Of a stretch of 64,000 nucleotides of DNA, positions 14,101 through 28,300 are shown piece by piece. The stretch lies in the NCBI GenBank assembly GCA_964252035.1, contig OZ176201.1, one strand, 5' to 3'. This DNA comes from Podarcis erhardii (taxonomy: Eukaryota). How positions within the stretch are numbered: the first letter of the stretch is position 1; every line of letters begins with the position of its first letter. The notes under the pieces were generated by a model. The model had not been told where the DNA came from. It worked only from the letters and a program-made list of their open reading frames with translations, and searched no databases. Both the position numbers and the translations under genes were made by a program.

Positions 14101-17100
14101 ACTGCACTTGAGGGCAGCAAACTAGCTTAGGGGGCGCAGGGCAGGTGGTGTGTAACTCTACACTCAGTATCTTCTACCTAATACATTCTACCCTATGGTA
14201 GGCCCAGCCCGGTTTGCTTCATTTGGGTGTTGCTCAACTTTCTACACCCAATTCCATGTTTCGGACTCCATGTGATTATTTTTCATGAGCTCCCAGAAAG
14301 TCAGCTCACCAATTCTACACCATGAACAACAGGCCTTTGTACAAAGTATGCATGCCAAAGACATGGGGGAACGAGGATAAATCAATAATTAAAGATCAGA
14401 AGACAAGAGATTATTTATCCTGTGCTATAAATAACACTTCTAGCTATCGTGAAATGCACACACCACATACATGAAAATACGCTGGTGGGTTGCTGTTTTT
14501 TTTTTTTAGCATATCCAAGTTAAACTTTGAATGTACAGGGCCTTACGAACTTTCTATGTGTTTTATTAAGGATGGATAAATGAATCAGTATATTTCCAAT
14601 GTAGTCCGTTTTGCTGTGTTTCCTCAAATTACATGTTTTTGAGCATATTTTTGTTCAGCATAACACATCTTTAAATACGTTTTCAACTGAGAGCTGCACT
14701 GGACCATTCAGGAAGTTCAAAAGCTATTGGATAATGAAGGCATTAGGGAGATGCAGATCAAGATTTTCAAAAATCAAATTCCACACACACAAATAATACA
14801 CCAGTCACATCCAAATTGTCTCTGCTTGAGTAGGATCTAATAAAAAGCTCCATTCTTAGCACCCTGTTGCCCACATTTGCCAGCGGGGTGGGCATGAGAA
14901 AGAAGCCAACAAGCTGTTCAAGAGGACACCAGCAACAGGTATTCACTGACATACTGCCTCTGATTCTGGAGATTAAATATAGCCATAATGACTAAAAGCC
15001 ACTGATAGCCTTATCCTCCACGAATTTACCTAATCCCCTTTTAAAGCTATATACATTGGTAGCCATCACTACATCTTGGGGCAGCAACTTCCAGAAATTA
15101 ATTGCGTGCAGTTTTGAACTCCTCTCTCTTGTCTGACGTGAATCTCCAGTCAATTAATGTCATTGTGTAACCACAAGGGCCAGTATTCGAAGTAACATTA
15201 GGGAAGGATATAAATAAAATGCATAATACTATGAGAAAGAGAGACAAAAATATATTGATCCTCTTTCTCCACAGTGTGCATAGTTTTATAAAGTGCTATC
15301 ATGTCCCCCTCTAGCCATTTTTGTTCTCTCTTGCAACCCGAAGGAATGTTCCAAATCAGCACATAAAGAAAGGAAAAGCCAGGCTGAGATCAGGGAACTT
15401 CAGACTATTGGGAAACATGTTGTCTTGATGGATGTGAACTTCACATTGGATGTGTGGGATCAGCTCTTTGTTTCAAGTGAAAATTACTCCGAGTAACAGC
15501 CAAACTAATACCCTAGCTGAGGTAAACTTTTGATCTGCCATATTGTATTGTATTTTGAGTTCATATCATCATTCTTGCTTCCTTTGGTCCAATCCAATAT
15601 GTCTGGGTAAGGACTGGGAATACTGTGGAACTAAAATCAATCAGCTGTAGCAGCAGCCATAGTCATAATATGAATGTTTATTTATGACAGGAAAAAATAG
15701 TTTTCCATTCGGTCAATATTATATCCAGCTTGAAAATAAAACATAATTAAGGCTATCCCCCCCCCCCCCACACACACAAACGTGGTTTTTGGAATGTATT
15801 CCAGCTAGGTCCAGTATTGACATAATACTTTCTCATTGACTAAGCATAGTTACGAGACCAAGAGCACCTTGCAGGTTCACATCTACCTCTTCTTTGTCAC
15901 CTGTCCCCACATCTCATTATTGAAGTAACCACACTGCTCTTTTTATTAACACTTAAGTTGCAAACCAGTTTGCAATGCTGATTAAAACATGAGTTGGCAA
16001 ACCGTGGTTTGTGCTAACTACTGTTACAGAAATCACCTATACAGATAGAACATTACCCATGTTTAGCTCTGAAAATGAAAAGAGGGTGAGGATTTGCATG
16101 TAATAGAAAGGAGGAAGAAGAAATGAGTGCACACATTTGAAAATGAAGGAGGATGAGACAGCAGCACAGAAGCTTGCAGGACGTTACCAATTATGGATGC
16201 ATCAGGTTTCACTGGTACAACAGATTTTTGTTAAAGGGGTATAAACAATGCTGAATAAATAGATAAATGCACAGATCCCCTTAAAGAGAAAGGCTATCTT
16301 CAAAGAACTGCTTACATTCAGAAATCTACTCCTGAAACCCTCAGTGTCACTGTAGATTGTCCTCAAAGCTAGTATATTGCCTACTGTTCTACACCCATTT
16401 TTAGCCTCTGGATTTCTAATCCACTTTGTGAGATAAATCTCACACGCCACACCATGCTTACGCCATGGGGGCCTGGGAATTATGAATTACTGCCCTGTAC
16501 AAATCAACCAAATGTCAGCCCAGATTTATTTAAAGAAATTTGAAGTATGACCCTAATCAAAACACGCACGTCATGTTTGGGACATGTTAAAAGAATCACA
16601 TTTGTTATGCTCAGTGAAAGGAAAATAAAAAGAGATCGTTTAGCAACCTGGGAAGCTACAAAAACACCGGAGAAGAGTTGAAAGTCATTAGTATGGCGAC
16701 AACAGATCACCATGGAAACATACAAGCCTAACAGCGACTGCGTCCACAGAGCCCAGTTCTCATTGCTGCTTCTTTAAACCAGTGAGGGGTGAGGTTCCAT
16801 GGAAAAAAGAAATCAGCATCAGCTTCTTATACCAAGCAAACTTTATACTGCCAATACTTCAACTTATTCCGCCAAAAACAAAGCTAGGTTGAATAAGGGA
16901 ATGGGTAGGAACATGGTTGGCAGGAGGGGCTGGGGAAGAGGAGGGGACATGCACAAAAGAACTGAGAAGGCGAAGGGGGTGGGGGGAGCCATCTATCATA
17001 GGAAAATAAGCACAGGGAAGAAAAAATCCCAATCTAGGAAGTTTTGACCATCGCAAAGGGACTGAAAATAATTAGGCACTTTAAAGAAGGGTGAAGATCA

Positions 17101-20100
17101 CACCCCACCCCCCCGCTTCTGCAGGAGTTTGTGGTTTCACCAAATATTTTGGTTTTGTTGTGTATTTTGTCTGTGCTGCAGATGCTAGGCAAATGAAGTG
17201 GTTCTGTCACAGAGAATAAAACCAGGGCAGTAAGAGCAAGAGTAGAAAATTTAACTTCCAATAGCGACAGAAGGGTTTTATTAAAAAAAAAGTTGAAGAG
17301 GTCTGGCTTGCAGAGAAAACACGCTACACAGGGATGGGCTGGCAGCTGTGCACACAAGTAGTCTGTTCTCATCTGTCACTGTTTGATCATTACTCAAGAG
17401 GCAAAACTGGCGGGGGGGGGGGGCAAGCTTTGCAAGTGGAGCATTTATGCAGAATACTCAGTGGAGATTCCTGGGGCTGGAGAAGGCAGGAGGGCTGCTC
17501 CATCTCCCGTAGGAGGCATTAGGAATACCCATTTGGCGCTGACATTGTGACGAAGGAGGCTGGAAGGAATGGGATTCATCAATACGTGGCACTTTTCTAC
17601 ACACTCGTTTTCCTCAATCACATCAAGGGTTTAAACACAAATCAGGTGGACCCAATTTGACCCCAGTCTTTTGCTTCAACCTCCTTTTAAAGCCATAAGA
17701 TACTAAAACTGTGGGAGAAAGAGACCTTATAAAATACATATATTAAAGCTACTGAATTCTGCCCAACACCAGAGCTCTCACGTGGTTCAGGACAAGACAT
17801 CAACGTAAGCAACCAGAAAGTCTCACTTCACCATCTAGTGGACAAAAGCCTACACAGCAGTCACACTACTCTGCTGCCTCCATTTTGTGCTTAACCCACA
17901 AGCCTCATTTCATCAATCTACATTCTACAGCTGTTTGGATCGAGCTTCTTTCCCAGCCCTCAAAAGATCAACAGGCCAGAGTGCTTGCAGCTGAATAAGT
18001 AGGAATATTTTATTCCACTGGACCAGTCAACATGGGGCGCTTCATACTTTTTCTGCATGTATGAGGACTGGATGTGGTAAATAACATCATATTTGTATTT
18101 CCAAACACATATGCACCACAGGCAAATGTTGTAGGGAACTCTTAAGATTGTGGCTTCATGTGATACATACATTTAGCACCTGTTTTTCCGACATAATATA
18201 TTAAGCAACTCTGAGTGAAATATCCCATCCTCATCCAGAGGCTCTGGACAGAAGGGGATTATATGTAAAACCTTAGATAAAAAGCACACTTAAATATAAA
18301 TGCATCACATAAAAACTTGGGTAGATGTTGGAACTGAGCTCTCCTTGACACCCTCAGATTTCTGTAACAAGATTCCGTGTTACTGCTTTGATATTCCTGG
18401 TTTAATCAAAGCAGTTAAGAGCAGAAGGCTAGCTGAATCTCTTGATTCAACCTCGCTTAGAGAAACAAACACCACAGTTGGTCAGGATTGCCTTTGCCTA
18501 TATGATTCAAAGTCTTTTTCAGAGCCCCTCGGCCAGGAATAATCCAGTGAAGGACTACTTGGAACAGGGCATTCAACATCAGCACTGAATCTTTGGATCT
18601 CCCTGCCAAATGAGGCTCAGCTTGCTATTTCTCTATCAGCGTTCAGGTGGCTGGCAAAGACAGCTCCTTCTCAAAGAACCTTTGAGTTTCTCTGATCCCT
18701 GCTGAGATTTTGGAGAGGTTGGGTTTTTGTCTCTGCTGTTTGCTTCTGATGCTGGCTCTGGAGCCATGGGGGCCTTTGGAGCAAAAGGCAGGATGAAAGT
18801 ATTTTAATTAATTAAATTACTACACCAACCCTTCACTTAAGAATTAAAAATAATAATAATTCCCATGTTAATTGAACACACACCAGTCGTGTAGCTAACT
18901 ATACTACATAGATTCACCTCATCTATAGTAAGTATGCCATTTTCAAATAATTCCCTTTCCCATGCCTTATATCTTCTAAAACCAGTGCAGAAGCATAACC
19001 CATCAAAGAAAATACAAAGGAACGCAGAAAGCTGCTGTGTATAGAGTCAGGCAATTCAGCTCAGTACTGTCAACTTGAACTTGCAAAAGCTCTCCAGGAT
19101 TCCATACAAGCTACCTTCCCGCTCTACCTGGAGATAACAGGGATTGAATCTGGGACCTTCTGCACATAGCTATCAACTTTCAGATTTGAAAATAAGGGAT
19201 CAGCAGCCTCACCTGTCCCAGGGACAATCTACGGGATATCTAACAATCCAGGATAGCAGTGGGACGCAGCGCTGGAATAAGGGAATTTCCCGCCAAAAAC
19301 CGAAGGTTGACAGCTATGCTTCTGCACGTGAAGGCAAATGGTCTACCACTAAGCTATGAATGGACTAAAACAGTAATATGATAAAGAGTAGTCTGTTGCC
19401 TCAAAAAGAATCAAGGATGCCCAGCACCATTAATCTCATTCACAATAACCATGCATGATATTGGTGGTGGACAATGGCACTCCTTAGGGAATGAAAAACT
19501 TATGTGGTCCTGCGGTAGTTTGCACAAACAAGCACTTCCTGAGAGTAAGCTTTAAACAGGTAGTTTCTTTTGCAGCTATAGCAAACTGTATGCAGTTAGC
19601 ATTATCTGCTGAACTACCAATAACTGCTGACCTCAGGTTTCACATGAGGGTGTTCTGGGAAATTGAGGCTCTTGGTATCCTGTGCTATTAGAATATTAAT
19701 CTGTATGTTTGGTTCCTCTACTGGCTTCTGCTGGCTCTAGTGTAGATATATCCACGTTAACAGTATGTCTGAATGGTTTGGTGTATTTGCTGGGAGAAAC
19801 AAGGTGCAAAAAATTATAAATTTAATTAAAAAGATAAAACAGCTCATGGTTTGCTATATGTGCGCTAGGGATTTTCATACTTTTCAGCAGACAGTTACAC
19901 ATTGCCACAGAAAGCATAGCTGTTTTGTAACTTTTCTTCATTTCCTTTATTTCATAAGGTTATCCATTGTTTATGTTGCAATTAGCATTGCTTTCGGAAT
20001 CAATAATGGCTTTTGGTTTAGGTGACTAATTTGAACTTTACAGGGCCTGGTGAATCAGGACTCAGCAGCTCACCGTCAGCATGCAGAGACGTGTAAATAC

Positions 20101-23100
20101 GATGGTCAGCAGCTAAGGGACACAATGCTCTGAGCACATTTGGAGACAGGCAATGAGAATCTCAGAGCAGGGGAAATTGCTTTGCTACATTTTGACCAAA
20201 CATCCAGTACTACTTATTCTTTTACTCAGAATATTCTGGAATACGTTGCTGTTGTTTATATAAAAGCTTCTATTAAGTTGCCAGTGAGACCAGCACCAGC
20301 CGCCTTGATACTTCTACCCTCCTCTGGAGGACAGATGAGAGAGTCAGCTGTGAATCCCAGAGCTCAAAGAGAATACCCCTTCCTCCTCTGAATTGTATTT
20401 ATGTTTTAAAAGAAAATATCTAAGTATGGATCAAAATAAAAATAAAGTTCAGATTATTTCCTTGTAGTTTGAATTTAGTCTGTGTTCGTTGAATTGTTGA
20501 TTTTGTCCATTTTTTTTTCTTGATACATTTTGTACACTGGTTTATAGCCCCCAGTGTTTTGTATTTTGACAATAAGTGGACATTTGTTGTAAGCGACTCG
20601 TGAGTGCAACTCATTGTGGAAAAGCGGCATATGAATAGAATTATCAGGCAAAAAAACAGCGGAACTTGAATTTTACTCAGCCATATTTTATTATTATTAG
20701 CCTAACAACAACAACAACAATTTTAATTTAGAGATCTGGAAGCTTAGGGGACCCCTATTGAGCAGGGTGGGAGGTAGCTCAGGATGCTGAAATGAGGAAG
20801 GGAGGGATCCGTCAAAATCGCCTCCCACTAGACCTCAGAAGGAGCCTCTACTAAGCTCAAGACCCTTCTCCACAAACCGAAGTTTTCTATTCACAGAAAG
20901 GCAACACTGGATCTAAGCCTGCTGTTATTCTTCAGTTAGATGCCCCACAGAATATAGGGTAGTTGGAAAGAATTAAATGTATATTGCTAACCTTAAATTA
21001 AAACACAATCGGTGAAGATGAAAGAAATGGTGTATACAGCACAAAGGGTGAGGGCCTTTGCACTATAGCTATATACTTGAAGGTTTCCATATGATCTTAA
21101 ACCCTGTATGATGTACTATACACATGAAGGCACCCCACTTCCCTGTAGACTTCTGCCCTTTAAATGTGGGTGCAATGTGTAAGGCTATCTGGAGAAACTC
21201 CACGTCCTCCTCCCACTGCTTGTAACATGTGATTAGAGCTAGTACCTGCCCTATGCACATTCAAATTCATATTACTGACCACATACATATATATATGTAT
21301 ATAACAAATATATTTGGGTATATAACAAATATATTTGGTTGGCTGAGAACAGACATTGTTTCCCTTCTTCTGTACTTCCCCTGCCCACAAGAAAAATATT
21401 ACTTAGAACACCATATGCTCACTAAGTGATATATTACATAGTTAAAGTTAAGGCGATATCCAGGTAAATTGATCAGGACTCCCAATACATTTGCAGGGAT
21501 CAGCCAGGTGTTTCTAGTCTGTATATTTCAACCACTGTACTATACTTAAGTCCCTAATAGGACAATCTCAGAAGCCATGCCCTGCTCAGCACTCACTCAC
21601 AAGACCAGTTTCAATGAGTGCACAAGTTGGCTGATTTCTAATACTGAAGAGACATTACTTGGATTGCTTCAGAACAACTGGCTGATTGCAATGCATTTCC
21701 TTTTCCTGCTTAGTTTACTTTGCATATGAGAGAACCCATGCTTAGAAATTTCCCTCTTTACTCTTTCCACACTATTTACAGCTTAAAAAAATTATGACAT
21801 TCATCCAATTGTGCTTTTTGTGAAGTCAGCACAGCGGCCGACATCCTGCAGAGAGGTTTGCTTCTGCTTTGTATATCCATCTAGCATTTAAATTTTTAAA
21901 GTGAGAACTCCTTTGTTCGACACTAATGCTATCTGCCTGCAATTCTGCTGAATGTTAATGTAAGCAAGGTGCCAGCTGCTTGTGTGGGTGGCTCTCGAAG
22001 AACTACATATGCTGTACAATGTCCCCCTGAAGTCATTCATATCTTCACAGCTTCCTGTACTTATAATAGTGGGGCAACTTCAATTGTTTGCTAACAGGGT
22101 TGTATGCGTTCTGCAAGTCTATCATACAAGTGAAGAATCTGGTATCAAGCACAGAGTATATCATTCCAACAATCTCATTTTTATTTTTGTAAAGGTGATA
22201 TGGGGGGGGGGGGATTCAAGCACGTTTTCTCCGAATATTCAAAGCTCAGGGGTCAAATTGAAAGCTTAAATGCAACAATTCCTCCCCTGGCCATTAAAAG
22301 GTTTTGTGGATTTTGAAAGGAGAAAGAGAGATATGACGCAATGGCACAACAATGTGCTTCCATTTTTTTCTTAATAAACAGCCTTTCTGCATTAAAACAA
22401 AAGAACACATTTATAGAGGGGGGGAATACATTGAAGATACAAAAATCCAGTAAAGGGTGAGGCCACAATTGATCTGAGCCCTTTCCTTGGGGGTGGGAAA
22501 GCTACGGCTCATGGGTTGGATGTGAGCCATGAGGTTTCCCTATGCAGTCTGCAGCCCCTCTTCCTCACCCATGCAGGCTCCAACAGAAGGGTTTCTCCCT
22601 ACAAGTCTAATTACTGCATGGGGAATAGGGATATTCACAGTAAACCGTGTTTTCACCTGTGAGCATATGCATGAGTGCTGTACGTGTGTATGGCAGACTG
22701 GGCTGTAATACATATCCATTAGGAGACATTAGGTTCTGAAATTTAATGTGGACCTATCAGTCTTCAGCAGCTGCTGACTTGGCAGATTTCAGAAAGTTTC
22801 AAAAATGGCATACTGTATTGTGATTTTTGTTCCTCCCCTCCTCCTTCTCTACAGCAGCATTAAGACAATGTTTGAACTATTCTGGGCTACATTCTGCAAT
22901 TTCTCAGGAACATTGACAGCAAGAGCTTTCTCACTATCCTAGTAGCACAGGAGATGAAGTATTACATCAACTATTTAATCAAAGTCTCAAAAGGGGTTAT
23001 TTACAAGAAAAACCAAAAGCCTTGATTATTCAAGCACTCTTTCTTACCGGTTCCCGGCCATCCATGGCCTCCATCCAGAGCCTTCGATCTTCTTCAGAAA

Positions 23101-25348
23101 GCGCCTGCATTGTGATCACTCCAGGCCTGCAGAGATTGATGCAATGATACTGTGAATAACAGGTCTAAGAAGATTAAACTCCAAAGTGACTAGGGGTGGG
23201 GTGGGGTGGGGTGGGGGGTTGGTAGGAACAGGATAAGGCCCACTTCACATGATCTAGGAACCTGCACATTTGCTTGCTCACACTAAGTCATGGTTAGTGT
23301 TATATGCCAACTGGGTGACATTCAGCAAAAGCTGTTATAATGCATCTTTCAATGTCCAAATGCAAGCTTAGGAACAACTGGAGGAGACACCCACTTCAGT
23401 GAAAAAATAGGGGACCAAGACTAGGATGTCACTAATAGCAGACCTTTTCCTCAATAGTAAAGGTTTGTTGTTGTTGTTTAGTCATTTAGTCGTGTCCGAC
23501 TCTTCGTGACCCCATGGACCAGAGCACGCCAGCCAATCACAAATCTGCATCCAAATAAAACTGAAGGTGGGCTGGCAAACCATTGCACCCAAATGTGCTA
23601 ACTAAACTTCACAGACAGACAACCAGCCAACAACTCTCACTCCTTGAAATCCAGGGATTTTAGGGTACTGTCACAGTCTGACTAGGCAAGTACTTAGGGC
23701 TGCTTCATGCAAAATGTTTTCCTGTACGCTTCAGGAGAACCAAGTGGCACAGAGCATGTAAATAAACTGTGTTATTTCTAGGTATGCATTCAAAGAGACA
23801 CAAATAAATATGTCTAGATTCTAACAAATACCTGATAATGCCAAAGAATGCAAAAGCCTATTTCATCAGTAATACTTTAAGCAAAAATGCCTGAAGAATC
23901 ACCTAAAAGAAGTGAAAGTTGCAACGAAGCCAGCTCCAAAGACTGTTGCTGTGTGTGAAGCCTCTAGTTATTAGTAGAAAATTTACATATATCATAAAAA
24001 ATGGCATTTGGCCTCTGCCCTAGGCAATAGAGAAAGAGTTTAAGAATTCCATATTCTAATCCTGTGATATTAGAAAAGGGAAATCAGATGGCAAGGGAAT
24101 AATAATTATATACACAAAGCAGCTCACACAATTTACCCAGGAAAGGACACAATCTGTTCTGTCTTGTAGTACATTTAGATAATAATCTAGGCATATTGTG
24201 TGTCATTTTTGCTAATCTCTTTGTGCAGAGAATCAGTTGATGCTTACAGGCTTAGTATTCTAGAAAAATATACCTAAAGGAAAATTACTTTTCAGCCAAT
24301 TTGAAATGTTGTACTGAAAATTAAACAATTCCATGGGGGTTTTTCCTAGTGTAAAAATACCTCTCTAGAAATACCAATGTAACATTAAATTGGTAAATTC
24401 ACGCTATATGCTCTTTGCCAACAGAAATTTAGACAGGTTACAAACTGGATTATGCAAATTCATGGAGGATAAATCAATGGCTAGTAGTCATGATGGTTAA
24501 ATACTGCCTCCAGGGTCGGAGTCAGGAGGTCTCTGAATACCAGTTACAAGGGGACAACAGTGACAGAAGATTGCTGTCCTCATGTGCTGCTTGTGGGCTC
24601 CAAGAAGACATCTGGTTGATCCACTTTTCATTACATATCTTTAGGAACCAGGCAAACACATTCCTCTTCTCCCAGGCCTTTGGCTAATTAAACAAACCAT
24701 GGCCTTTTAAACTGTGTGTGAGGGGGGATTATTGTTTGTTACTATGGTATGTATTTTAATTTGTTTAGATTGTAAGTGCCCTGTGATCCTCAGATGAAGG
24801 GTGGTATAGAAAATGAATAAATAATAATATTTGTTGCTGTTGTTGTTAAAGTCAGGATGCTGGACTATGCAGGACATTGGTTTGATCTAATAGGGCTTTT
24901 CTTACGTTCTTAAAGTAAAGCAAACCTTTGCTGAATATCACAATCACAAGAACCTGACTTTTTTTTATAAGTGATCCTGTCTATCTTTCAGTCCATATAT
25001 TCTTTTCAATTCTTCCATACTCACACAGGTATGGCATTAAAAAATAAAAGGCATTAAAAAAAAAATGCCATGAGAATATTGTAAACACAGGCTTTGCCAA
25101 GCAAAATAACTAGTACTAATTTCATGCACTTCAGTATTTGTAAGATAAATCAATACAAAGTAAAAAGACAGAACATCTGTATAGCCTGTAAACCATTGTG
25201 ATTTTATCAAAGTCTGTGATTATGTTCTCAGAAAACCTCACAAAGCCTCTAAAGAGAGTAATCAACCATCTGTTTGAAGAGCATTTCTATTATGCCTGTA
25301 CTTCTTCCAACTAGGTGATAAAGTTGAGGGGAAATGGTGGGATATAAA

Positions 25349-25390
<42 letters not shown>

Positions 25391-28300
25391 CAAGGCAACC
25401 TTTTTAAAAATGTAGCAGTTTAAATATTCAGCAGAAAAACTTTAAAGAATCACTGAATCCCTAACTCATGCATGAGTGCATCAAATGCTCTCACATTGAC
25501 CCTGACCTTGTCCCCCATGTACCCACAGTTTCTGGGCCTGCCCTCTTCAGAAAAGAGTTTGTATGCACCACTGAAATCCTGAAAACACAGCCCCCTTTGG
25601 ACCTTCCTTTTCAATGCAGAATGATCTGCAAACACATCCTTCCACTCCCCAGTTTAAGTCCCCTTTGAATGTATGTACAGTGCCTGGATATAAGGAAGAA
25701 TCATTCACGAGAAGTTTAACCTTCCCAAGTTATCTTGTCATGTCTTTAAAATAAATGTCATTGGTTTATGTCCTTGAAAGCTCTGCCTCTCCATTTTTGT
25801 ACTGCTATTTGCGGTTCACGTGTTCGGGACTAGAAGTTCCTCAAAAGAAGAATCATTAAGACCTAAACTTTTGTTTCACGTCAACTTTTGTATGAAAACT
25901 GACTGTGAATTAGTGTCCATTCCATTTCCTACCTAATTACATTAAAAGGGTGAAAAGATGACAGAAGAACAAATGTGAGCCAGTCTTTTAACACTGGTCG
26001 TAAGGTGTGAATGCTGGAAAAAGCGTATTCAACTCCAATAGTAGAAATGAATGGAGGAAGTTCCTAAAGATCAAAACCTGGTCCCTATCCTATGGTGAAA
26101 AGTAGACTTTAAACCCATGGCTTCTTAAGTAGCTATCAAGATATTACAGAGATTTTTTTTTTTCAAACACATGACACAGTACATCCCTTCCCTACCATCT
26201 AGGAACCCTACATTCTGGATTATATTTACGATCCATTGCTGTGTTGGCAGATCACATACAAAACTCTTGCCAGCTTACTCACGGGGAACAACCATTCATT
26301 TGGGAATCACCACTTGTACATCTCTAGAAAACAGTACACAAGTGGGTGGGTGGAGGATAGAGGCAGAATGCAGCTTAAGTTTACATGGCATTAGGCATAA
26401 CATGATAATTTCAAGATTTCATTCATCTACAAAGGTCACTAGTAATGTGACACAGCAAAAGAACAAGTACAGGTTGTATTGCACTTGACCAGCACAGAAC
26501 TCATCCAAGAGAGGAAAAATGAATATATATCAAAGCTGAAGTGCTGCAGGTAGGACAGGAAGCTAAACTGTGAGTCTGCTTCGTAAACAGCATCGATCTG
26601 CATGGCTAGTTCAGGGGTTTAGTTAAGAAACTGTTCCAAACCCCCATCACCCAAATTACACATTTTGACCAGGTCAGTTAACTCCCCCTGTCTCCAAAAG
26701 TCTCTCCCACGCCTAATACTGCAGCCTTGTGGGATAGAACATATACCAATAGTTATATCAGTATGTCAAAGTTGGCCCAGCCACTAGAAGCAGTCACATT
26801 GCACATGTTACTACAACAGGAGGTTTAAAAAGTGGGCAGTCCACACTATAGTTATAAGTTACAAATGTGATGGGGATGTAGAGCTCTTTTAGCAGATCAT
26901 GATCACACAGGACTGCACTTGTGTTAGGATTAACAGCAGTTAATATGAGAATATGCATAATAAAGTATCAATACTTAAGGACAGGTGGGAAGGAGGGGCA
27001 AGTTCACACATGAGAAGGGAGGGAGAGCGATCCTGTGGGCTGTTGCTGATCTTGGTTAATCATTATGTTTGCACCTGCCCTATGTGTCAAAGTAGTGACA
27101 ACTATGGATCATGATAAAGACAGCAAATAGCAGACTAGAAATAATGATTCAAATTTCTATTTGTTTTTTTTATTTTATTTTTTAATTAAATTTGTATACT
27201 GTCCTTCATCCAAGGATCACAGGGCAGTTTACAATGTAAAAACACAAAAACACAAAATGCAAATAGTAAGTAAAAATAATAACATCCCCAACAGTTTAAA
27301 AGGCCATAGATTGTTTAATTAGCCAACGGCTTACCAAATGTGATTTAAGTTTTATTAGGAAGCTGAGCCTCTGTGCCTAACTTTTCTTTTAAATATACAC
27401 ATGCTAAAAATGTACTTCTTGAGAGTATTAACAAATTTATGTGACTTACACTTGCTGGGCCATATGCAACTAACTAGTGCCACTAGCAGAAGCCCAAGTA
27501 AAGATATCTGCTAGCACAACAAGGTTCCCCCCTCCACTCCACTCCACTCCACTCCCACGCCTCCTGAAATTGGCTTCAGAAGGCTGTTGGGAAAACCCCA
27601 GTTCAGCATGCAGGGGGGAAAGAGAGGAGATTGTTCCATCGAGCAAGCTAAAATGCTTGCGCTGATGGAACAATTAGCAGAGAACAACACTGAATTCTCC
27701 CCATAGTCCTGATATATTCCAAGCCTCTTACTAGTGACACTTCAAGTTATGGCAGCTTAATGAAGCAGTGGATTGCTACTAAATAAGGAGGTTATGACTG
27801 AAAGCAGAATTACTACATAGACTACTACATGAGGGGTGGGTAACATATGACCCTCCAGATATCATTAGACTCAACTCAACATGGCCAGTGGTCAAGGGGT
27901 GATAAGAGTTGTAGTCCAGCAAAGACTTGGGAGCCAAAGGCTAATCACCACCCCCAGACATGATGACATTGCTTGATGATAAAAATTACAAATTTTCACA
28001 CTGATTTAAATAAGCAGAAATTTAAAACAGTATCACAAAAACCTTGTCCTAAGCGATGTGAACAACCGAACTCCACAACTGCAATGGAAGTCTCCTTATA
28101 CACAACACCTTTGGGCAATGTTTATTTTCTAGCTTAATCAAATGTTGTATCCTCTAATAAATCACGCACGACTGCCACCTACAGGCTATGCAGCAAATCT
28201 TTAAATGGTTCAGTTCTTACTGTGCGTATGAACAATTTCAGGCTGTGTGCCCCAGCTGGATCAGAAACAGCCATGCTAATGTTTCCTCAGCAATGCTTTA

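Noticed and set aside
13400-14350. Second TE or gene remnant downstream of the young CR1
   Set aside because: Composition hints at an old element, but no motif could be assigned in any frame.
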